DNA from: Catajapyx aquilonaris
Lineage: Eukaryota
DNA: 64,000 bases
NCBI GenBank assembly: GCA_000934665.2
Contig: KZ538266.1
Location: forward strand, 1-64,000
Reading direction: 5' to 3'
Shown here: piece after piece, positions 50,843-62,521 of the stretch
Position numbering within the stretch: the stretch's first letter is position 1
Layout of the letters: each line of letters opens with the position of its first letter
Notes under the pieces: model-generated
Told to the model about the DNA's origin: nothing
Seen by the model: the letters and a program-made list of their open reading frames with translations, nothing else
The model's database searches: none
Program-made: the position numbers and the translations under genes

Positions 50843-52485
50843 GTTGGAAGGTCCCGACCTGCAACAAGGACACACACCGTGCTCTGTACTTGTAATATAA
50901 GTATGCGGATATAAGCGCCACAGGGTGTCTCGCAAAATACGTTTGCAAAAAAAATCTTTCGCGAACCTATCTCCTGCCTTCCTGTAACGCGATGTGTGGA
51001 TCCTCCAGCCCGCCTATATAGCGACGAATGTGTGTGTATGTGCTGCACACCGATGTATGTGTACGTCTAGGAGGAAAGGACGATAACAACAAGCCGCTGC
51101 TGCTTCCTCGTCGACGTCGCATATAGCAAAGCCCCAGTTTCGGGGCAAGGTCGTCGGAGGACCGGATCGATCCCCGCTGCGTCAGAATCCACGCTCCTGA
51201 CGTCACACCCACCGACGACTACTCCCCTGCTCCAGCAATGTCTCGACGGTTACACCCCCTACCTCTCTATACACCTATGGGATATGCCCCGGGTCCTATT
51301 ACTACACCCCTTTTCCGGGACTGGGTTTGGCCCCACTCGACGACATTGCTTCCGTCAACAACCCTATCCGGTTAAATGGACCACAATGGAATTGCGCAGT
51401 TTGCAAAATTGTCATCTGCACGGATTCGGACAGGTTGAGATGAACTGACCGGAAATTTTGTCAGGATATCAATGATAAAAACAGGACGTATGACTGTAAT
51501 GGTTGCGAGGTAATATTCTATAGCGGCTTATACAATTTTAATTTTGGCGCAATTTATGCTCAGGAACTTTCGGCGTGTGGCCAAAATCAGACGCGTATTG
51601 TGCGGAATTGTCGAATTATTCATGACGTCCAGCTGAGAGGCAATATCGAGGCCGCATTTTGGGGGGGCATAGTCTGCAAAATATTTTATTTTTTTCTGTC
51701 GTCGCTTAAACCCGGCGATGCAATTTCCTCGCCCTTAATCTAGGTTATACATACGACATGGGGATTACGCCACAAGCCGGTACCTCTTACACATATATAA
51801 TGTACCCGCCCCCACGAACCCCCCGCCAATGTAATTCCATTACCTTTATCCGCCTGGCGACCTTCGGAGCGATGGAGTTTCCTCTCTCACTATGCGTATA
51901 GGTCTATCTCTGCCGCACCGCAGAGTCTATCTCCCAAGGGTCACTCGAGACAGCGGTCAATTCCGAATGCTACCCGCGCATCTTCAGCACTTGACCTCTC
52001 TCTTGTGCAAAAAAAAGTTTTGCCGAGTTTGTGTGGCCAGTGCACCCCCCTTTCTGTACCGACCCCCCTCCCTTCCTACCCCAGCAGTGACACCATTGCA
52101 CTCAATTAAGGCGGAACCGTCATTCAAAGCCTGGACTTGCGCTGCGCATTTGTTCGGTTTGCAAATTGTGGGCAGTGGGCAGCGGGGGGCCAAGGACTCT
52201 CATGTCTTGGGTTCGATGCTCGAGACACTTCTTATAGGTTGTCTTGCCCCTGAAAAGTTGGCATCCTGTGTGTCAGAGATGAAGAAAAGGTTGGCTAATA
52301 TCCAGGATGAAGTTCAGGGACAAAGGTTTGTCCAACTGTAAGGAACCAGCCTTTTGGAAGTTGGACGTGCTACAATGCAATAAAACCGGATTTAATATAA
52401 CCAAGTGAATTGAAATGTACAAAATATAAAGTCGGATGTATATAAGGTGGGACGAATGGAGCGTAAAAGCTGCAGGGACTCGGTT

Positions 52486-54215
52486 TTACGACGAACCGGA
52501 GACCATTCCCAGGAGAGGCTTCAGAAGGAGCGACAGAAGCACCACTATAGCCCACGATGACCTCTGACACGCTGAGCCGCATTCAGCCTACATATAAAAA
52601 ATGCTTATTAAAATTTTACATAACACTACTTGGTGGCTCTAACCACACTATAAAATATAAGTATCTAAACTCTAGATCTCAGAAGTTCTCTTGTTACACG
52701 CATGACATTGCTCATTGCGCAATGTTACGTGCTGCGTGTATCGCTCTACAGAAGCGTGCTTCATCAGCTTGGTTGCTACTTATGAAAGTAATCCTCGTGC
52801 AGCTCTGGACGACCAGTGATTTCCTCACCATGTAAGCATTTCGGGCATCTTTGACCTTGAGTTCGACGCAAGGCTTGAGATCAGGACAGGGCCTGAGTTC
52901 CTCGCAGGCCCTGTGGTCCACGCAAGGCTCCTTCTCGTCGCAGTACTTCTCTCCGAAAGTGCAGTACTTCTGTCTCCTGGTGCACTCCTTCCAGACCTCG
53001 CACCAGTTCCTCCTCTGAAGACACTTGTCCCTGTAAGAGCATCTCTTCCTCAGCTCCACGCAGTTCTTTGGGTCTGAGCATCTCTGCCGCTTCTCCTGGC
53101 ACTCCTCAAGATCCTTATCGGTGTTGGCAGACACTCGGATCAGGCAGTCCAGCTGGACTCGCTGGGTTCTATGAAAACGAAGGGCGCAATTAAATAACTA
53201 TATGAAGGTTGTATCGAGCGTGTATGACCTCCGTGTTCATGATGTCGCGTGCTTGACGCCAGAACACACACGCAGCCAACGCAGCAGTCCAAACTTCTAG
53301 TCCTTGGAACAACCTTACCCTTAGGATTTCCCAGTCGCAATTATTATGATTCAACCAAAGTATGGATCTGACACGGAGCAGCGTACTTTTTGACGAGGAT
53401 GATAGTTGAAAGGGGAGACAATTGCCGAAGAAGTACAAACTACAGTAGCCTACTATTCGTGGAATTTATATTGTTTCAACCAGTATAATTACCACTCGAT
53501 TTTAATGCCAACTTTCGGTTGGAAAAACTTTATAAGCCATACTTTTTTATTTGCTATAGCCTACACACTGGAAAATCCACACTAAAAGTGTTCAGAAACT
53601 TGTAGACGAGATATTCCTATGATAATCAAAGACTGGGATTCGCTCAGAAGGCCTTGTGATACACTTGAATGGGGAATTTGAGAATTCAGGAACTTGCAGA
53701 TTAAAAGCGAGGCATAAAGAGAACGGAAAATGTTGCAATAGTATGAAACTTTGAAAGAAGAGTGGGAAGCGGTTGGAAGAACTTGAAGAAAGCAAACTTG
53801 TTGTTGATCCCGCAGGAGACAGTTTTATATAGTAAAATTGATTTCTTGTTATGGAGCCCTTTTTTTCATTTTAGCATATAATTTTGTTGACAGTTGAAAA
53901 AGATTTTGAGCGACCCTTCGAGCACAGCATTTTAGGCGAAGGCAACAAACAGTCTTACTCTTCTATATATCTAAAGAACTCATTATGAGTGAAATTGACA
54001 GAAGCTAATGACGCATAAAAACGCACTCTCCCTTACACGCATTCGAAGTCGTGCTTTTCGTGCTCGTCCTTGATGGAGGCCAGCTTGTCGTGCTGTTCTT
54101 TGTAGAGGTCGAAGCACTCGAAGACATTCTTCTGCGCCATGGCCACCTTATGGCTCCATTTCAGCGCCAGGCTCACCAGCACCAGAAGGCACCAGCAGCT
54201 GTGAGGAACTCCCAT
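52486..54215 (-). CDS. Paralog 11 (3-exon subfamily): putatively GPI-anchored protein with a 13-Cys ladder insert, 206 aa
   Basis: Exons 54215-54037, 53168-52829, 52587-52486. Protein: MGVPHSCWCLLVLVSLALKWSHKVAMAQKNVFECFDLYKEQHDKLASIKDEHEKHDFECVTQRVQLDCLIRVSANTDKDLEECQEKRQRCSDPKNCVELRKRCSYRDKCLQRRNWCEVWKECTRRQKYCTFGEKYCDEKEPCVDHRACEELRPCPDLKPCVELKVKDARNAYMAECGSACQRSSWAIVVLLSLLLKPLLGMVSGSS*. Confidence 0.9.
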
Positions 54216-55316
54216 TGCTGGTGCCAGCCTCTGCCTACGCACCTGCTGACACTCACTCGCAGGACATGACAGGGGCAGCACCCCCCCGCATTTCCTTGCA
54301 AATTATTCCCACCTTACCACGCATGAATGACCACACCCACATCTGAAAGTAACAGCCTGCCTCGGAGGTGTGTGGGACAGGCGCCTATACACGCATTGCG
54401 TATGGGAAAAACCACCTTATGGCGTTGAAACCTGCATGAGTTGGCAATGACAGAGTGTGTTACATGACCCAACCAGCCAATAGCAAGCTGGACTTCTATC
54501 AGATACGTATGATATGGTATGAATTATTATGTGACTGATGGCCAACAAAGGTGACAACTGCATCTGAAATGTTGCCTGTACTGTTGTAAATGTCCATTGT
54601 GACTTACGGTAAGCATTTCGTTCCCAGTCTTTTGCAGAGCGTGAAAGGACGCTTGTCAATATTATTGAGCAGTATTTTCACGACACCCTGTGTATGGATC
54701 AAACTGTCACGGATAAGTTTATATACGCTTTGAAAAGGGTCGCCCTCACCACCGATATTGCAACACAATAGAATACAATAGGAATAAAATATATTTTGTG
54801 ACTTTACACATTGAAAAAATACAGTATTGTTATATTGTCACACAGGCATCAGGTGTAGTTTGCAGGGCGAAAGAGTGAACCAGTTGTAGGAACATCAACC
54901 ACGATTGATTTTAAGGCTAGCTGCAATTCACAGTGTAACAATATTGAGACGGGTGAGAATTTATGCATTGTTCAAGATAGAAACCAGTTTGTAATAAGTA
55001 ATAATGCTTCAGCAATGCATTCAATTAATTAGTTCAATTTGTGTGGGACTAGAGCAGTGATAGCAACCAACCATGCCAACAACATATCGTCTGGCAACAC
55101 CGAATGGTCTTCTCTCATTGGGTGTAAGAAGTTGCAACCTTTTGTCATTCCTTCACGATTGAATTAAGAGAGGTTGCCAGTAATAATTTTGGTCGGCACG
55201 TTTGAAGTTAGACAACCTCTCTGAATCTCGTCGTCAGTGTCCAGTTACGCATTGTCATTTTTGAAGATGCTCCGTACCGATGTGGCATGCAAACCATTGT
55301 GGGCCGGTGACATCAG

Positions 55317-56084
55317 CTACGACGGTGTAAGCATGTGTCCCAATGAAACAGGCAGGATCAGCCCCACGACCACCAGCAGTGACCACGGTGACCTCCTGCA
55401 CGCCTCACACTCCGCCTGCACAAAAGATGTGTTGGAAATTATTTGGAAGAAAACAAAAATCTAGTATAAGAATATGCAAAAGATAAGTCACCAAGTAGAT
55501 CTTCTTGGCCTCTGTGACTTTGATCTTGATGCAGGGGCCCAGTTTGTCGCAAGGCCTGAGCTCGTTGCACTCTATCCTGTTGATGCACTGTTGCTTGTTG
55601 TAGCACTCCTGGTCGTGTCCGCATCTCCTCTGCCTCCGGATGCAGGCCTTACGGTCAGCGCACCTCTTCTTCAGCTCCTGACATCCCTTCGGGTCGGCAC
55701 ACACTTGACGTCGAACACGACATTCCTCCAGTTCCTTTCCGGAGTTCACCAGAACCCGATTCAGGCACTCCAGCTGGACCTTCTGGGCTCTGAAAGTATC
55801 GGGAAGAACATGAGCACTGTTAGTAGACTCATTATTTGGTTTTTTAACAAATGAATGGTGTTACTACCCATTTGGATGCAATTCTTGGGTCAAATATTTT
55901 CAAGCACAAAAAATTCTTACTCGCAGTCATAAGTGCGCTGCTCGTTCTTGTCCTTAACTGAAGCCAATTTCTGGTGCTGTTCGTTATACAGGTTGAAGCA
56001 CTCGATGACGTCCCTTTGCGCCATCACATTCTGGCGCCATAATAAGAGAAGGACCAGCAGCCCCAGCACCACATCAGTCCTCAT
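55317..56084 (-). CDS. Paralog 12 (3-exon subfamily): putatively GPI-anchored protein with an 11-Cys ladder insert, 186 aa
   Basis: Exons 56084-55921, 55789-55492, 55415-55317. Protein: MRTDVVLGLLVLLLLWRQNVMAQRDVIECFNLYNEQHQKLASVKDKNEQRTYDCEAQKVQLECLNRVLVNSGKELEECRVRRQVCADPKGCQELKKRCADRKACIRRQRRCGHDQECYNKQQCINRIECNELRPCDKLGPCIKIKVTEAKKIYLAECEACRRSPWSLLVVVGLILPVSLGHMLTPS*. Confidence 0.9.
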
Positions 56085-58161
56085 GCTGTTTGCCGAGACT
56101 TCTGCTGATGTAACTTTATCCCTGCTTCTGCTGTGCTGGCGTAGGAGTTACGCTACATAGCAACACAACGTGCATCGTTACCAGCGATAATAATTCATGG
56201 CCTTGTCCAGCACGCACGGATGACCTGCACCCCCCTAGTGTCCGACAGGAATACAAAGAATCTACGTACGTGCCACGCAGGATTCGATGTGTTTGAATAT
56301 GGCTGGGCCAATATTACCTTGAACTTGATAGATTCTAGGAGGTGCTCAAATCAATTAATCCATTGGGGGAAAAAAAAGCCGGAGGAAGAGACCCTCCTGC
56401 GTGCAATCCGCACTTAGACGCAATGAGGTAAGTACATGAGTTGGTCGTGTGGGCGGATTGATCCACATTAATTCGCATTTATAATTATTTCAGGCCTGAC
56501 GTCGTTGTCATTAATTACCTGAAGGCTCTTACAGTGCATTACGGTCATGATGTCGGCAGCAACGTGAAGGTAAGTCATCAATGTTGAAAATGAATTGTGC
56601 CTGTCTGGTAATGGAATATGCTCCCAAATTGTGGCTGAGTTAGTGTTCTTGGTGGCTCATGTACACGATTTAACGGAGATAAGTAGCAAAGTGGAGTAGT
56701 ATCCTTACTGATGTAAACTGGTGTCTGGGGAGTGATGTGACTAGGAAAATGTTCCTGAAAGTCCACGTGAGCTACGAAACTTAAATTATGGGATAACTTG
56801 CAAAGGCAGTCGAAATAGGATGTAAAAAGATATGATGTCATAATTCACAAAGCCACCTGCATCCAATAGTACCCAGCTTTTGATCAGTGGGACCAGAATA
56901 CTATGAAAGCTGAACATGGCTGATATGCCCCATTCCATTCTCGCAAAACTTGCGGCGAAATGCACTCTTGTATTGAACCGAGGCAACGGGGGGAAGAACA
57001 TTAGAAAAAGTTTATTACTGGCAATTACTGGAATTTATTGCAATCGTTTCAAGCAGTACTAGTATTACATTAGCAGCTGCGACGTTGCCACAATAACCAA
57101 TACTCACAATTAACATATTGACAACAATGCCAGTGTATCTCCAGTAATAACACAAAAACCAGCTCAAATCACGACAGAGTCTGCCATGTAGGTGTACTCG
57201 ACATTACAACTCCTGGTACTGAACTGTACAGAACCCAAGAGACAACCAAACAATGTATCCCTATACTCACTCAGAGGGTGACAAGATGACCCAACGTTAC
57301 AAGCACCTTCAGTCCAAATAAAGTGAGTTAGGGGACAAGGAGGCTATAGTAGAAGGGTGGGTGATTCTGTGGTTGGAAGGGTGGGAGGGGATGAGAACAA
57401 ACACTTCTTCATCTCAAAGGACACCATGGCTAACAGGGTGTCGACCTGGAGTTTATGGGAGAAAACCCAGCGCCATTTCTCATACTCCTAATCCTGCTGA
57501 CACTTCCAGACAATTTCATGCCAGCAGAAACATGAGGGGGTGTATACTCAATGGTTTTGGATACTGGTATTTTTTGTCATTTACGAGTACCGGTATATGT
57601 TTTGTTAATGCTAAAATTTCACACTAAGTAAATGTAGCATTACACCGGAAAATTGAAGGAAAATGCATGTTATCCTGGTATTAGAAATTTGAAGAGCATT
57701 TATATTCGAATATGACAAACATATTCTGATTTTGTCAGCAGATTTGTTTGCATAATTTCAAAGTGCTCCTGCGTGTCCTCCATCAAAACAGAAAGTAGGT
57801 CCAATTGAACCTGTCAAGCATTGTCATCGATTGAGTATTGCATAGCGATCGACCTCCGATCAAAGAACAAGTCATTTTTTAACAGTGTGGGGAGGTGGGC
57901 CTTTATTATTTTTTAAATAATCTGTGGGCATATGCGCATTGCCAAGGGGTGGTTCAAAAAGTAGAAAGCAGTGCCGCGCAGGGGGATGGATGGGGTGGTG
58001 TATATGTGTACAGTATAGAGGGGAATACGGCAACACTTGTTATAATATGAATACTATATAAGTTAGTATAGTTTAGTAATGCACGAAGAAGGCTTGGACG
58101 ATGCGATGCTGCGTGTGTGAGCGATGTGTTGGGGACGGAGCAGACGCAACGCAGGATCCTA

Positions 58162-60023
58162 TCACATAATGTTGAGGGCAGCCAGCAGCAAAGGCAGAAG
58201 AAGAAGCACCACCGAAAACACTCTCTCCCCGCATCCGCTGCAGTAGTGCGACTGTGCCAAAAGGAAATGACCATAATTACTGCAAGTTGTCTACTCCAGG
58301 ATTTCAGCAGAATTTTGGGCCACACCGTTCGCACCCTTTGGTGCGAACGAAGAGGAACATTGACTCACATTCATGAACAGCTTCTTGGCCTCGTTAACTT
58401 TAAGCTCGATGCAAGGCCCCAGGTTGTCGCAGGGCTTCCGGCCATGACACGCCTTGGACTTTGAGTCTTCCCCGCACTCTTTCTGCTCCAGATCCAGGCA
58501 CTTCTGCCTATCCTTCTGAGACTTCTCCAGGACTCGTATCAGGCAGTCCCACTGGACTTTCTTGGCTCTGGAAGCACAGATTGATTAGCTAAAAGTGGCA
58601 AAGGTGTCGCCAGGCTATTCTATTGTGCAAACAAGGGAGAAATTGAAGCAAGATGACTATGAAAAACCAGATTGTCACAGGTTTTCTTATTAGCCCCATA
58701 GTCCTTTATATTATGCATACTCGTATCGTATAGAGTATGGCGATGGGTTGGGACTGACACATGCTTTGCTGATTTCAAATTATGCGACATTATTGTTGCA
58801 GTTTATTCTTAAGCAACATGCTCTCGAAGAAATATCACGATTCACACGGACGAATGCGATTACCTGTTACTCTCGTGCAACCTTGGCTCGAAAATGATGC
58901 AGAACGTTTCTTGTGAATTCTGAGCTTCGTCAGGCCATTTTTTTAATCGTCAAGAATATTAAAATGTCTAGCAAAAATATCGATGCCAAGGTTCTAGAGA
59001 AATATTGGTCTTATCATAAATGTAAGGCAGAACTACAGCGCCCTTACTGCGCTGATCATACAGGTGTGTACATAAATAGTTGAAGCCCACTTACTCGATA
59101 GGTGCTATTTTCACATCCTGTACTGGCCACACAATCGAAATAAGCCAATTGGTAGCAGAAATTACTAGCAACAACAGCTACGATTGGCCGATTTAGATAG
59201 CGTGATGGCATGCTGCAGGGGAACCAACATTTGGTTTCAAGTAAGAAATATTTTTAGTCAGTCTTTACTCACACTATGGCAAATCTCAAGCCAGCGCATG
59301 ATCATTCAACGTACAGAATCGTACAGTAAAGTCCGGACCATTACGCAACGTAATACACCGCAAAGCTCCATTTTATGCATGCACATATTCGAGAAAAAAA
59401 ATCGACCAAATTGCCATGACAATACCGTCTAAAAGTGGATGCCATTCTTTTCATCGACAATGATTCTGGTCAATATGATCATGAACACTATCGTTTCAAC
59501 ATGCTGATGAAATTGCCCACACACATTCCCCAGGAGGAAAGAAAGGGAAGAAGTTACGCATTGTTCACTCCAGCAACCAGATTGAAAAGACTAACTTGAA
59601 ACGATCAAAAAGGACGTCCTTTTTTTAAAAAAATACTTTAAAATTCAGTCATAATGCTTTGTAGCTGGTGGATAGCAACAGTTTATGCTTCTCTCTAGTT
59701 GGTAGGATGAACAATCCGTAAATTCTACCCATTCCGGTCCCTCTTGAGCTTATCCGCCAATCAGCGCTATAGCCTGGACAAGGACAAACGAGGCTGTGTG
59801 ATTGGCTGATCTCAACTACAAACGACCCAACGACACCGTGTGAACCCGACAATGTTTCTTACTCGCAGTCGTAGGACTCCTTCTCAGCCTCGTCCTTGAT
59901 GATAGCCAGTTTTGAATGCTGCTCGTTGTACAGGTTGAAGCAATCAAAGACGTCCTTCTGCGCCGACACCCGGTGGCACCAGCTCAGCGCCACCACCACC
60001 AGAAGGCACCACAAGGCTCTCAT
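58162..60023 (-). CDS. Paralog 13 (3-exon subfamily): putatively GPI-anchored protein with a 5-Cys insert, 149 aa
   Basis: Exons 60023-59863, 58567-58369, 58251-58162. Protein: MRALWCLLVVVALSWCHRVSAQKDVFDCFNLYNEQHSKLAIIKDEAEKESYDCEAKKVQWDCLIRVLEKSQKDRQKCLDLEQKECGEDSKSKACHGRKPCDNLGPCIELKVNEAKKLFMNSHYCSGCGERVFSVVLLLLPLLLAALNIM*. Confidence 0.9.
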
Positions 60024-62013
60024 TATTGCTGGCTACGGTTACCTATATCTCTCCCTATTGAAGACACAGTTCATCCACACCTCAATGCCTAATGAGTAAA
60101 AGGGCATGATCAATATGTAACCAATTCCATGGCTACGTGTACTAAAAGGTGCACGTACCTGTGGAGTTATTGTCCTGTTAAGAAGCGAGTGGACCACCTC
60201 TGAGATCAGCTGTCCAGGACCAGCATGGTCACCTGAAGACAAGATTTTTTAAGGCATTAAATCAATGGGTGGGGGGGGAGACAGAGCACTGACTGCAGTG
60301 CAGTGAGTGGTTCTCGTGCGGAGTGTATCAAAAGCGGCCATGGATCGATCAGCATTCCTCATGACCCAAATTGACCAAAGGGGAAACCGGAGTGGCCGAA
60401 GAAAAATATTATGTACACAATAATGTCCCCCCGATGCATGAGCCAGTACGCCATGGTCGAATCGCGACTGAAAGTTGAACCAATCAGACTCTTATTTCTG
60501 GTGTAAGATAGAAATGGAGCAGAGTTGTACTTACCATCCAGCGGAGTCTGAAGGAGAGTGTTGATGGCCTTTGCGGCAGTCGGTATTGCGCCTGCGACGT
60601 CATCGACGACCAGGCATCGTCGTCGCCAGATGGCAGTGCCAGACATCGGATGATTCAGACAATATTTTTTCTTTGCAGTCGCCTCTCTGGTCCAGCGTGG
60701 GTTATGATGCTGTTTCCCCTCCCACGTACAGTATACATAATTTACATGCTCATAGTCATTTGCTCAGAGGCAGTTTCTCACACCCCCTTCCTTCCTTCCC
60801 TTGCCCTATCCCTTCATTGACTGCAAGAAGGGTGTCACTAATGTGTCACTAACTGTGCACACCAGTAATACTCTGTGCTCCACCCACTGACACTGAAATG
60901 TCACTTTGCAATTCAGTGACGTTAAAAGTCGGCCAAAGAATATTAATATGACAGTCGTGTTTTCGCAGAATATTTTAAGTAATTATTTAGTGAAATATAA
61001 ATGAAGTGTACTGTACACATTTTGTCGTTAATTCAAGCCTGTGACATGCACTTTAAAATCGTGATACAACAGTTAAATCCTACAGAGGCAATTTGATTAT
61101 CTTGTTAAAAGTGTCTTATGAGTTAGTGAACACTAAATGTCTAAAAAATAGTGTTATTCCTACCCTCCTTTGACTGCGGTTTTAAATGAAGGCATAACTT
61201 TATGAACCCATTTAAAATTTCAATTTTCGACCCTGATTATCAGGTAATGGAACCCTAAGGCAGAGTAAAGCTAAAAAGAAGAAGAAATGGCTCCATTAAG
61301 TAAAGTCAATCATCCCACGCTGATGGTGCATCGATTGAGCGGCAGAGAATGGATTCAAACCATGATTAAGAGAAAGAGCCTGGGCCTAATGGATGGAACC
61401 TTTATTAATTCAACGGGACGGTTATGCATCGAAGCGAACCAGGAACAGAAATATGTCAGAAAGGCTTTCTTCTAGTTCCCCCGACCGAATATTTAGCGTG
61501 CAGAAAATGTTAAACCAAGATTCGCTCATGAATATATTGGCACATGATGTTTCGTAAATGGACGCTTGATGGTCAATTCCAAGGAATCATATCATTCTAT
61601 AATTGCACAGGTTTCATTTGGCCTGATTATTTCATGATGTAGAATTAATCGTGATTAATGCTAGACATCTCAGTATCCCTATAGAAACTGACCCTAATGA
61701 TTTACGAATGGGTTATGAAACCGCGTATATAGAGACAAAAGGTTTCATACTGAACTGAAGATGCCAATGACAAGATATAAAATTCAAAGAGCAGCTTCTA
61801 ATTGGATAGAGAAAATTTCCCATTGGCACCTTGGGTTCATTTTTAAACTTTTGACCCTGAGTTAGTCCCAACTTCGGGTTGCCCATCTGCCAGTGGCTAG
61901 ATTGGCCCATAAATAAAGCCAGGTTTCACATTTCCTGCCACTCTAAACTTTAAAAATTCGGCGACAGGAACTCCCTAAAGTCTACTCGTGAGCAGAATCA
62001 AAGAAGGCCACTT

Positions 62014-62521
62014 TCAGGACGGCGTAACGACGTATCCCATGAGCATGGTCAGGACAAAGGCCGCGAAGGTCATGAGCTGCCACGGTGACCTCTTGCACGC
62101 GTCGCAATTTTGCTGCACACCCACAAGGCAAAAGATGGTCAACTATTTTTTGTTCCATGATTCGGGAGCAATCTACCACTCACTTTGAGCCCCTTCTCAG
62201 CTTCTTTGACCTTCAGCTCGACGCAAGGCGCCAGTTCCTTCAGCTTCTGGTCAGCTGCCACGTTCTGATGAACCCGGTTCAGGCAGTCGAACTGGACCTT
62301 CTGTGCTCTGGAACAGGACTGGTCAGCAACAAAGAGTGGACAACAGAATTCGCTCCATACTCGCAGTCAATATCGCGCTTTTCTTTTTCATCCTTGATGG
62401 AAGCCAGCTTGGCATGCTGGTCGTTGTACAAGTTTTGGCACACTATGACGTCAGTTTGCGCCATCACTTGGCGTCCCAGTTGCAGAGCCAAAAGTGTCGA
62501 CAGGCACCACAACCTCATCAT
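62014..62521 (-). CDS. Paralog 14 (3-exon subfamily): putatively GPI-anchored protein without an extended ladder, 127 aa
   Basis: Exons 62521-62361, 62307-62184, 62112-62014. Protein: MMRLWCLSTLLALQLGRQVMAQTDVIVCQNLYNDQHAKLASIKDEKEKRDIDCEAQKVQFDCLNRVHQNVAADQKLKELAPCVELKVKEAEKGLKQNCDACKRSPWQLMTFAAFVLTMLMGYVVTPS*. Confidence 0.9.

Noticed and set aside
50983..51360. TG...CA-bounded, CpG-rich stretch resembling a solo LTR
   Set aside because: There is no target-site duplication and no second copy. It is equally consistent with the promoter or 5'UTR of paralog 10.
52829..55789. Metallothionein or keratin-associated-protein call for the Cys-rich ORFs
   Set aside because: The Cys-rich segments are inserts within spliced signal-peptide/GPI genes. 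They have regular x5/x6 spacing and lack CC/CxC clusters.
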